Shown in pieces: positions 14,326 through 24,416 of a stretch of 64,000 nt of DNA (positions within the stretch are counted from its first letter, which is position 1; each line of letters opens with the position of its first letter). Position numbers and translations under genes: made by a program. The notes beneath the pieces are model-generated. The model was not told where the DNA came from. It made no database searches and worked only from the letters and a program-made list of their open reading frames with translations. This stretch comes from Octopus sinensis (taxonomy: Eukaryota): contig NC_043015.1 of NCBI RefSeq assembly GCF_006345805.1, forward strand, positions 3,224,001 through 3,288,000, read 5' to 3'.

Positions 14326-15624
14326 GCTATACAGACTAAGCCATATAATTCTCCAATTTTGTACAGCTTCTAGAATTAAGCGTAGATTATTATACAGTAT
14401 AATCAATCTTAGAGAATGTTCGAGAGTATATAAATGATTTGCAAGTAAAATAGAAGTGCTTAAGTACAGTTTTAAAAGAATTGGGAGTCAATTAAGTGAG
14501 AAAACCTTCGTAAATAATATTTTAGATAGTATCACATTTTCATTTATAATTCTCTTTTCCTCCAAGTGTTACTGCTGTTTAGATTTAATAAATGACCACC
14601 AAAATTGGAATAAAATTACGTTGCTTAATCGAGAAGTAAGCTGTTTATATTGGTATATTTTGAGTCACGTATTTTGCGCTGAACGTTCAATTAAAATTTC
14701 TTCTAACTTGGCGAAATGCTCAATTGAGTGAGATGCTGTTTCGAGCATAGTGTTTCTGTAGTTCATAAAGGGAGACGTTTTGTTCTACATTTGATTACCA
14801 TATTTTAATGGTAGTTAGTATGGATATCCTTTATGTTGAATACGTAAAAGCATGCAGAAACACCAAATATCTAAACACGCTCATATTATTTGATCTGATA
14901 CTTATCACATAAAATGGTGAGGCAGTTTCGATTTCCTTGTTTTCTATAGCCTTCATGGAAATTTTGAATAATTACAGGGTTAAAATTCTTAAGTGACTTT
15001 AATTCATATCAACATTGATAATGTATTTTCTTACTTCCCATTCTTATGCGCAAAATTTCATACGCTTTGTAATGGAGCAACAAAGTGCAGCACATCAGGG
15101 ATTGTGACCACTTAACATCTTCGTGAATATATTGTCACGTGCAACCATCTAATGAAGTTTTAATTTTGTAAAATAGACATTCCTCTTTATAATTACAGTG
15201 ATTATGTTTATCATACTATATTTACAATACTTTGAATTCATCGGTGTATAATATAAGCGACTTCCAGTTAGATTCTATGTGATTACACGAATGTCAACTC
15301 TAGATATGTGTTGGGTAACAGAAATGTTATTCTAAGGTGAAATCTCGGGTGTTCAGTATTTCGAATGATATATTTAGAAAGATATTTTTTTCAGTCATAT
15401 ATTTCGCGTAAAACTTACGTACAGAAGGAGTATGAATTTTTCAAGATGAGACTAAAAAAATTCAAAAATAATTTTGGCATTTCGTCATTCTATATAAATT
15501 AATTTATGAATATGTAAGCAATTTTTTTACATCTTTATTCATTTCTTGTCAATCTCCAAATTATTTATATTCTAGTGAAAATCAGATGGATTTGAGATCT
15601 TCAGAATATAAAATAACTTGAACA

Positions 15625-16260
15625 TACATAGCGGTATCAAAAGTTTCGCGGTCGATTTAGGTTTGATGAAAATTATATCGAGGTATTCACTTTACGCACT
15701 GCTACATCTGGTGAATAGCGTGCGGGCTGAGCCGATATCACAAGTGTGAACAGCTTGGTGACACGGTTTAGTACTCCCGAAAACGCTTCAGTTTGTCGCA
15801 GTATAACAGTATTTGCCTTGGGAAAGATGTTTTCTGTCGTGCTCTCTACAGGTCGTACCGTTAGACCCAATTCTCGTCACCGGTGTTGATCCTCGAGAGG
15901 AAGGATGGATCACGCTGTCCCATACGACGGACCCATACGACCGACCCGTACGACGGGTCAACAACATTAGCAATTCCGTTGATTGTCCTGCGACGACTCT
16001 CATACAGAAGCTGACATATTCTATACATATTTACAGAGTTGACGTTCGTGGTAGTTCTTCCAAATCGCTCATCGTCTTCCCCAGTTGTTCTTCCGCATTT
16101 AACTAGATGGTGCTACTTCGAAAATTGGGAACAACAGATTGGCTCCTCACCTTAAGCTTGCCGAAGCATGATCAATCTCTTTCGAGGTGATTTTCCTATT
16201 TAAACGCAAAACGGGATGTTTGGGCATTGTTTCAAATTCCTACCTATTACGAAATTGCTG
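15625..16260 (-). mobile_element. Mariner relic with internal deletions
   Basis: Minus-strand frames NIPFCV*IGKSP..MLRQA*GEE, EDDERFGRTTT, RRRTINGIANVVDPSYGSV and LSRINTGDENWV. TIR-like TACATAGCGGTATCAAAAGTTTC at 15625. Confidence 0.85.
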
Positions 16261-16329
16261 ACTACAGCATACACTTGGTCACAAATGACAAAGGGTACAA
16301 TGCGTCATGAAGGCATATATATATATATC

Positions 16330-16420
16330 CATTTAAGTATTTATATATATATTATATATATATATATATACATTTAAGTATTTATATATATATATATATA
16401 TACATTTAAGTATTTATATA

Positions 16421-16469
<49 letters not shown>

Positions 16470-16486
16470 ATTTAAGTATTTATATA

Positions 16487-16490
<4 letters not shown>
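16330..16490. repeat. Compound minisatellite: 4x CATTTAAGTATTTATATAT separated by variable (AT)n
   Basis: Unit starts at 16330, 16371, 16403 and 16469. Confidence 0.9.
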
Positions 16491-16552
<62 letters not shown>

Positions 16553-16741
16553 ATACTAAGCAATAAGGGTTTAGCAACGAATTGCCTTACCACATACCGA
16601 ATTTAGAAATAGCAGTCAAAGGGTTATAGCTATTTCTTCTACTAAAAAGGGAGATCTCAGTAAAAACAGCAATTGGAAGGCTGACACAAACAGGTAAGAG
16701 AGAATGAATTAACTGCAATCTATCAAACATTTTTAAAGTTA

Positions 16742-16848
16742 TCTACGGACGTACGTTTCGAAATCAAGTTTTTAGGAAAGCATAAGAATTAAATATTAAA
16801 TATTAAATAATTCTATCTTACCGAAACTTCTTTTCTCTTCAGCGTAGA
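16742..16848 (-). ncRNA. Type I hammerhead ribozyme, family A, copy 1
   Basis: Minus strand: helix I TCTACG/CGTAGA (6 bp); CTGAAGA (16842-16836); helix II GAAA/TTTC extended by AAGTTT/AAACTT and AGAATTA/TAATTCT; GAAA (16759-16756); helix III palindrome ACGTACGT; GUC^ cleavage after 16748. Confidence 0.85.
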
Positions 16849-17342
16849 ATACTATAATCATAAATGATTATATATTGAATTTTGAGATACTAGGAGGCAC
16901 CAACTCAACTCAGTATCAGAGCGAGCTAGAATCCGCAACTAGTATCACCGAATTCAAATTTGTGAATGAAACGATTGTGTCAACAGCTCCTTCCCACCCG
17001 CGTGTAGCCAAAACAAGATGCTGTGGTCATCTACTGAGATAAAATATGGTTATCCGTAATAATGAAGGGTGAAATTAATTAATTTGGAATAATTATCAAT
17101 TACACCAAGTAGTCTTCGGCATGTAAAAGCCTCATTCGAGGAAAATTTAAGTAATACTAAGCAATAAGGGTTTAGCAACGAATTGCCTTACCACATACCG
17201 AATTTAGAAATAGCAGTCAAAGGGTTATAGCTATTTCTTCTACTAAAAAGGGAGATCTCAGTAAAAACAGCAATTGGAAGGCTGACACAAACAGGTAAGA
17301 GAGAATGAATTAACTGCAATCTATCAAACATTTTTAAAGTTA

Positions 17343-17449
17343 TCTACGGACGTACGTTTCGAAATCAAGTTTTTAGGAAAGCATAAGAATTAAATATTAA
17401 ATATTAAATAATTCTATCTTACCGAAACTTCTTTTCTCTTCAGCGTAGA
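17343..17449 (-). ncRNA. Type I hammerhead ribozyme, family A, copy 2
   Basis: Same sequence as copy 1 shifted by 601; predicted cleavage after 17349. Confidence 0.85.
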
Positions 17450-17853
17450 ATACTATAATCATAAATGATTATATATTGAATTTTGAGATACTAGGAGGCA
17501 CCAACTCAACTCAGTATCAGAGCGAGCTAGAATATATATATATATATATCTATATATATATATATTCAAACACTATAAAGTGAATGATAAATATGATATA
17601 ATAAGTAATATTGTATTTTAATATAGTAACTAATATTATAATATATTTATTATATTTATCCTTCATTTTATAATGGCAGAAAAAAGTATATATATAGATA
17701 TATATAAAGAGAGCTTATATTAATTATATATATTATTTGTTATTTATGTATTGGTTTATATCTGTCCTTGTATGAGTTGCATAATAGTGGTTTTATCTCT
17801 AATTCATATTTTATACATACATACATACATACATATAAACATATATAACATTA

Positions 17854-18096
17854 CACCAGGACACGTCAAAACAGAAACTGACCACACAAAATTCAACAAG
17901 TCTTTGGACAGATTCCTTCAAACAGTCCCGGACAAACCACCCACACCCGGACATGACTCCGCAAACAAAAACTCTCTGCTCGAATGGGCCTCGGTGCCCA
18001 AATCCTGAATTGAAAGACTTCGCCAGGTGGTGCTACTAAGTTAGACATGACCTGGGCCAATACTGGCCAAAACCTTTCTAAGTTATTCTAAGTTAT
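17854..18096 (+). mobile_element. CR1/L2-group LINE 3' end
   Basis: TKFNKSLDRFLQTVPDKPPTPG..SANKNSLLEW* is a typical ORF2 C-terminus (FK.xLDxFLxxxPDxP). A short 3'UTR ends in a tandem TTCTAAGTTA tail. Confidence 0.75.
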
Positions 18097-19564
18097 ATAT
18101 ATGGGTATGTGTTTGTCTGTGTTTGTACGTGCATGTTTCCACTTGATTGAAACCTTGTGAAATTAAATATATTCCTGGATGAGTGTTACGATTTGAGATG
18201 TTTCACGATAGGTACATATGCACAAGTCAAATACTTCTGGAACATGAAATACCTCCTTAGAGAATTGAATAAATTCACGCAAACTTCCACATATCAATTT
18301 TTTGTCATAAGGAAACATACAGAAATGAAATACAGATTCAACTTTTTCTATTGCTTTACATTCCTCACGTGCAATTTCCCTTACATATTCGTATTAAATC
18401 TGAAATTTAATCTTGAATAATTCACTTAATTATTTCGGGAATTTGAAAAGCAAACGGAATAGAAATTAAAATACTCTCACCCAGAATTTAAATGAAATTA
18501 TGATTGATATTTACGAAAAGTATATTCGTTTATCAACGTGCAGCTGTTTATGTGGAAACACGAAGTTGCATTATTGGCCTTAGGCCACTGTGTGTAAGTG
18601 TTTGATAAGGTGCACTATGCATTAGTTGCAAAAATATGTATAGTCCTATACAAATAATTATGTTAGTTCACAAGCATTGCAAGATAAATATATTTAACAT
18701 ATATATATATATTCACAAATTTTTAATTGATCTATATAAAGTTCATTGCAAATGTATATATATATATATATAACTGTTATTTGTGAATATTTATATATAC
18801 AACAATTATTTATGTATATTTGAAAATATGGAGACACATGCACAAAAATAGTATTTGCACGAGAACAGGTGAGTGCAAATATCTTCTGGTGACGGTGTAA
18901 AGCGAATGAAAACATTTATCAGCAAAATTCCAGACACTAATATTTATTTATCTTTATGAGTGAAGCACTTTTTTTTTAAGATAGCTACACTCTCTCGTAC
19001 CCTCTTCTTTTTCTCTTACATTCACTTTCGTTATATCAATTTTCTACCATCCATTGAGAGTTTTAACTCAATAATTGCATTATATATTAATTTATCTACT
19101 TTGATTTTTGAAGTTAGCTGAATACATAAAATTTTTCATGCTGTCAGATATTTTAAATGCAAATGCTTTAAGCAACATATAGTTATATACATGTACCTAT
19201 GTATATAGGTACGTACGTGACATGAGAATTGACAACAACGGGAACATCGAAGGATTCAGGTGTTATTTTAGATATTTCTTTCTCCTAGGTACATTACCGA
19301 CGAAGGTTAAACAGTTTCTACATGCACAGGAGGTAGGCTATTCAGTGCTAGACATAAAAGCAGCACCCAAAAGCTACACAGTGTGATGAGATATCATTCC
19401 GGCGTGCGGCGCGGAGCACCTCATAAATAGTGAAAAACGGTATAAGATACGAAAATTGAATACTATAATTAAAGTTATATTGTATATGATACGTTAAGAT
19501 TTTAAAATATGAAAATATATATATATATATATGTTATTCTGTTATTCCTTTATTTGTTTTTTGT

Positions 19565-19740
19565 GTGTGGCCATGCTGGAACATCGCATTTAGTCGAACA
19601 AATCCACCCCGGGATTTAATCTTTGAAAGCTAGTACTTATTATATCGCTGTCTCTTGGCGAACCACTAAGTTACGGGAGCGTAAACACACCACCATCTGT
19701 TGTCAAGCGATGTTGGTGGGACAAACGCAGACACACGAAC
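19565..19740 (-). mobile_element. SINE 3' half, inverted relative to the adjacent copy
   Basis: Reverse complement of the TGTGTTTGTCCCC...CCAGCATGGCC tail seen at 20040-20195. Confidence 0.8.
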
Positions 19741-19785
19741 GCACACACATACACATACATATACATTCACACATACAAACACACG

Positions 19786-19830
<45 letters not shown>

Positions 19831-19833
<3 letters not shown>

Positions 19834-20224
19834 TGCAGGGGTGGATGTGTGGTAAGTAGTTTTTTTTACCAACCACATGGTTCCGGGTTCAGTCCCACTG
19901 CGTGGCATCTTGGGCATGTGTCTTCTGCTATAGCCTCGGACCAACCAAAGCCTTGTTAGTGGAGTTGGTAGACGGAAATTGAAAGAGGCCCGTCGCATAT
20001 ATGTATATATATATAAGTGTGTGTGTATATGTTTGTGTGTCTGTGTTTGTCCCCCTACCATTGCTTCACAACCGATGATGGTGTGTTTATGGCCCCGCTA
20101 CTTAGCGGTTCGGCAAAAAGAGACCGATAGAATAAGTACTGGGCTTAAAAAATAAGTCGAGTTGTTCGATTAAAGACGGTGCTCCAGCATGGCCGCAGTA
20201 AAATGACTGAAACAAGTAAAAAAG

Positions 20225-20225
<1 letters not shown>
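19831..20225 (+). mobile_element. tRNA-derived SINE, full length, with internal (AT)/(GT) microsatellite
   Basis: GTGGTAAGTAG...ACCACATGGTTCCGGGTTCAGTCCCACTGCGTGGC head and CCAGCATGGCCGCAG...TGACTGAAACAAGTAAAA tail. Confidence 0.9.
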
Positions 20226-20318
<93 letters not shown>

Positions 20319-20613
20319 TAACCATGCATATGCAATTCGTCAGGCAAACGTTGGGGAAAAGCATGAACAACACCTGGCGCTGATTACGAAGGAATGGTCT
20401 GACAGATTGCTCTGAGGTATTGATATACAGAGCTTTCGAAAATATTTTAGGATTGCTTACACCATGTTCTAAACATTTTTGCGTATTGACTCACACATTG
20501 TAGGATGTATAATAACAAAAATTAAATTGACTGACACATTGTAAATCGGTGTAGGAAATTGATTCTAAAGAAACGCAAAAGAACGTATCATGACGTAAGT
20601 ATGTATGTGTATT

Positions 20614-21006
20614 GGGGAGGCGCAATGGCCCAGTGGTTAGGGCAGCGGTCTCGGGGTCATAAGATCGCGGTTTCGATTCCCAGACCGGGCGTTGTGAGTG
20701 TTTATTGAGCGAAAACACCTAAAAAAAGTTCCACGAGGCTCCGGCAGGGGCTGGTGGTGAACCCTGCTGTACTCTTTCACCACAACTTTCTCTCACTCTT
20801 ACTTCCTGTTTATGTTGTACCTGTGTTTCAAGGGGCCGGCCTTGTCACTCTCTGTGTCACGCTGAATATCCCCGAGAACTACGTTAAGGGTGCATGTGTC
20901 TGTGGAGTGCTCAGCAACTTACACGTTAATTTCACGAGCAGGCTGTTCCGTTGATTCGGATCAACCGGAACCCTCATCGTCGTAACCGACGGAGTGCTTC
21001 CATCCA
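20614..21006 (+). mobile_element. tRNA-derived SINE (third family)
   Basis: A box TGGCCCAGTGG, B box GTTTCGATTCCC, then a roughly 320-bp non-tRNA body ending GGAGTGCTTCCATCCA. Confidence 0.85.
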
Positions 21007-21059
21007 TGTGTATTGGATGTTGTGTGATATGTACGATCGTAAATTAACTTTGAATCTGT

Positions 21060-21400
21060 GCCAGTAGACACCAGCAAGTGATACAGTGAATAAGGATTAT
21101 AAGATCTCCTGGGATTTCAGAATCCGGTGTGATTCAGCGTTACATGTTCGGAGACAAGAGTGAACGAAACTATGATTATAGATATTGCCATACGTGGCGA
21201 TGTGCGAATAGACGATCACGAACTGGAACAGTTTGAACCGTCTAACCATTATAGGATGAGATTATATGATAGTGGGCACGAAGAAAATCATGCGAGCAGC
21301 TTTGGGGTTGGGCTTGGAGCATTGACAAGGTGGCTGAGAAATCGTTTGGACACTTTTGGATCGGCATGGAGGAAGACAATACCCAGGATACTGTTTCATG
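21060..21400 (+). mobile_element. Old RLE-type LINE endonuclease-domain relic
   Basis: NKDYKISWDFRIRCDSALHVRR, then TMIIDIAIRGDVRIDDHELEQ, and VGLGALT match the ILWDF.IQCD/IIDIAVPGD/VGALG motifs. Confidence 0.75.
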
Positions 21401-21574
21401 GAGGACAGAGACGAATTTGTGACTGGTGCATGGATGATAATTATAACGGAACATGTGAGACCATTCAAAACTCGTTCACTATTAGGGAAGTAAGTCGGAA
21501 CTTACGTGGCTATGCGATAAGAAGCTTGCTTCCTAAGGCAATGACTCCCGGTTCAGTCCGACTGTGTGATACCT

Positions 21575-21669
21575 TGGAGAAGTGCCTTACACTATTGTCC
21601 CGGGCCGATGAAGACTTGTGAATTCAGCAGACGGAAAGTGAAATATGTTTGTCATATATATACATATAC

Positions 21670-21727
<58 letters not shown>

Positions 21728-21970
21728 GTGGTGTGTGTGTGTGTGTTGTGTATGTATGTGTATTCATGTATATGTGTGTGCATATCTCTCACCCCCGGTT
21801 GATAACCGGTGTTGGTATATTTATTTCCCCGTAACATATCGGTCGGCTTAAGATACGGCATAAATATTACGCTTAAAGAAATTAAACTTGGTATCGATTT
21901 GTTCGATTTAAAACCCTTTAAGGTGGTGCCCCAGCATGGCTGCAGTGAAGCGACTGAAACAGTTAAAAGA
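21575..21970 (+). mobile_element. Degenerate 5'-truncated SINE (same family as 19831-20225)
   Basis: GCAGACGGAAAGTGAAA, an internal microsatellite, and a GGTGGTGCCCCAGCATGGCTGCAG...GACTGAAACAG tail. Confidence 0.75.
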
Positions 21971-22744
21971 ATAAACAGAAATAACCGTAGTCAGTTCAAT
22001 CCAAATCTCTCAGAAGAGATTTCGATTATTACTAATAATTGCTTTTTACGATAATGTGGAAGATGGCAATGAGGATGAGGAGGTGTAGGGTGTAGAAGAG
22101 GGAGAATTTCAGGAGTTGGAGAAGGTTGTAGATAAAAATTAGAATAAATGTGGGAGACGGTAGTGAGTATATGCAGAATTATCAGTGAAAACATAGCAAG
22201 AGTAAGAAATATAATAATCTACAAAATTATGATTAAATGATGTGAAATATAAAATTGATAGTAAAATATTGTACTGTCCTTGCAATATTATTGTCATAAT
22301 TCAAAGCACGAATTCGTGCAAATTTAGGCAATTTATATTGAGTGGATACTAAAAGAAGTTATTTCTCAAACTGGATTAACATTTTATTTAACTACTTTTT
22401 TTTTTACTTCCATTTCGTTTACAATTTTACTTTTACAACACTAATGTTACCAGATAATATTGTTCATTAATTTTTTTCGAAAATGTTTAATATGGCTCCA
22501 TGATATATATAAAAATCGATTGCTCTTTAATAGTCTGCAAGTCAAAGTAAATGATAGAACGAGAACAGTTTCATTAAGAATATTGTGCTCTAACCACGTA
22601 ATTTGCTCCTGCACTCAACACGGTGAATGCAAAACAGAATGAAATTTCTATGTGAAGTCTTGTGTGTGTGGTATATTCTGCAATAGCCTTGGGTGGATCA
22701 AAGATTTACGAGAGTAGGTGGTAGATGGAAACTAAAAAAGTCCC

Positions 22745-23144
<400 letters not shown>

Positions 23145-23286
23145 GCAATAAAGATTCAAGTTAATTTAAATGAATTTACTTGAATATGGTACCTAACTTA
23201 GATGCACCAAAAAAACTATACGGTTTTAACAATACAGTAATGTGGGGTGATTATAAGCGAGAAAGAAGCAACAGGAATGGATAGGT

Positions 23287-23377
23287 TTTTAGTACAATCG
23301 TTTCATACAAGGACAGGCTTTATTAAAAGTTGCAAAAATTGCAGCATATAAACGTGTCCCGTACTCATCAGCTAAAA
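23287..23377 (-). ncRNA. Type I hammerhead ribozyme, family B, minus-strand copy
   Basis: Exact reverse complement of 24208-24298; predicted cleavage after 23293 on the minus strand. Confidence 0.8.
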
Positions 23378-23496
23378 TACATGTGAGTTCTCTAGACATC
23401 CTAGTGGTTGAGGCTATACTCATGAAGTAATGTAGATAATTAAGTAACATAAACAGATTTCCAAAGTTCATTAAAGTTCTTTAAAGATGATGTACA

Positions 23497-23893
23497 TAGG
23501 CGTAGGAGTGGCTGTGTGGTAAGTAGCTTGTTTACCAACCACATGGTTCCGGGTTCAGTGGCGCCTTGGGCAAGTGTCTTCTACTATAGCCTCGGGCCGA
23601 CCAAAGCCTTGTGAGTGGATTTGGTAGACGGAAACTGAAAGAAGCCCGTCGTATATATGTATATATATATATATGTGTGTATGTGTTTGTGTGTCTGTGT
23701 TTGTCCCCCTAGCATTGCTTGACAACCGATGCTGGTGTGTTTATGTCCCCGTCACTTAGCGGTTCGGCAAAAGAGACCGATAGAATAAGTACTGGGCTTA
23801 CAAAAGAATAAGTCCAGGGGTTAAAAAAGGCGGTGCTCCAGCATGGCCGCAGTCAAATGACTGAAACAAGTAAAAGAGTAAAAGATAGAGAGA
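23497..23893 (+). mobile_element. tRNA-derived SINE, full length and young
   Basis: TAGGCGTAGGAGTGGCTGTGTGGTAAGTAGC...CCAGCATGGCCGCAGTCAAATGACTGAAACAAGTAAAAGAGTAAAAG; it sits between TGTACA and GTCTTATC of the palindrome arm. Confidence 0.92.
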
Positions 23894-24207
23894 GTCTTAT
23901 CACAGAATTTTAAAAAAGTTTTAATAGCATCACAGAGAAGGTGACTTACTCCATAGTGTACATATGAATTTCCAGGGATATGAGTATGTAATCCCTCCTC
24001 ATATCCCTGGAAATTCATATGTACACTATGGATTAAGTCACCTTCTCTGTGATGCTATTAAAACTTTTTTAAAATTCTGTGATAAGACTGTACATCATCT
24101 TTAAAGAACTTTAATGAACTTTGGAAATCTGTTTATGTTACTTAATTATCTACATTACTTCATGAGTATAGTCTCAACCACTAGGATGTCTAGAGAACTC
24201 ACATGTA

Positions 24208-24298
24208 TTTTAGCTGATGAGTACGGGACACGTTTATATGCTGCAATTTTTGCAACTTTTAATAAAGCCTGTCCTTGTATGAAACGATTGTACTAAAA
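24208..24298 (+). ncRNA. Type I hammerhead ribozyme, family B, plus-strand copy
   Basis: Helix I TTTTAG/CTAAAA (6 bp); CTGATGA 24214-24220; helix II GTACGGGACA/TGTCCTTGTAT extended by TTTAT/ATAAA and TGCAA/TTGCA; GAAA 24281-24284; helix III near-palindrome ACGATTGT; GUA^ cleavage after 24292. Confidence 0.82.
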
Positions 24299-24378
24299 AC
24301 CTATCTATTCTTGTTGCTTCTTTCTCGCGTATATGTATATATATATATATATTATATATATATATATATTATATATAT

Positions 24379-24416
<38 letters not shown>

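Larger units (their letters stand above)
16553..17533 (-). mobile_element. Retrozyme-like or Penelope pLTR partial tandem (601-bp period, 380-bp direct repeats), (AT)n on both sides
   Basis: 16553-16932 equals 17154-17533 (no differences seen by eye), with a 221-bp unique middle. Each repeat carries a minus-strand HHR. No ORF of 60 aa or more in the track. Confidence 0.8.
23257..24328. mobile_element. Fold-back (palindromic) HHR element, family B, left arm interrupted by a SINE
   Basis: 23257-23496 is the reverse complement of 24089-24328 (3 differences seen), and 23893-23984 of 23998-24089 (1 difference), around a 13-nt loop. Removing the SINE gives one hairpin with arms of about 330 bp. 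Confidence 0.88.

Noticed and set aside
16330-16490. Repeat-spacer look resembling a CRISPR array
   Set aside because: The spacers are just (AT)n, the context is eukaryotic, and no cas genes are present.
16913-16922. GTATCAGAGC resembles the tRNA-iMet primer-binding site TGGTATCAGAGC of LTR retrozymes
   Set aside because: It lacks TGG, lies inside the repeat, is on the strand opposite the HHR, and matches the plant rather than the animal iMet 3' end; likely chance.
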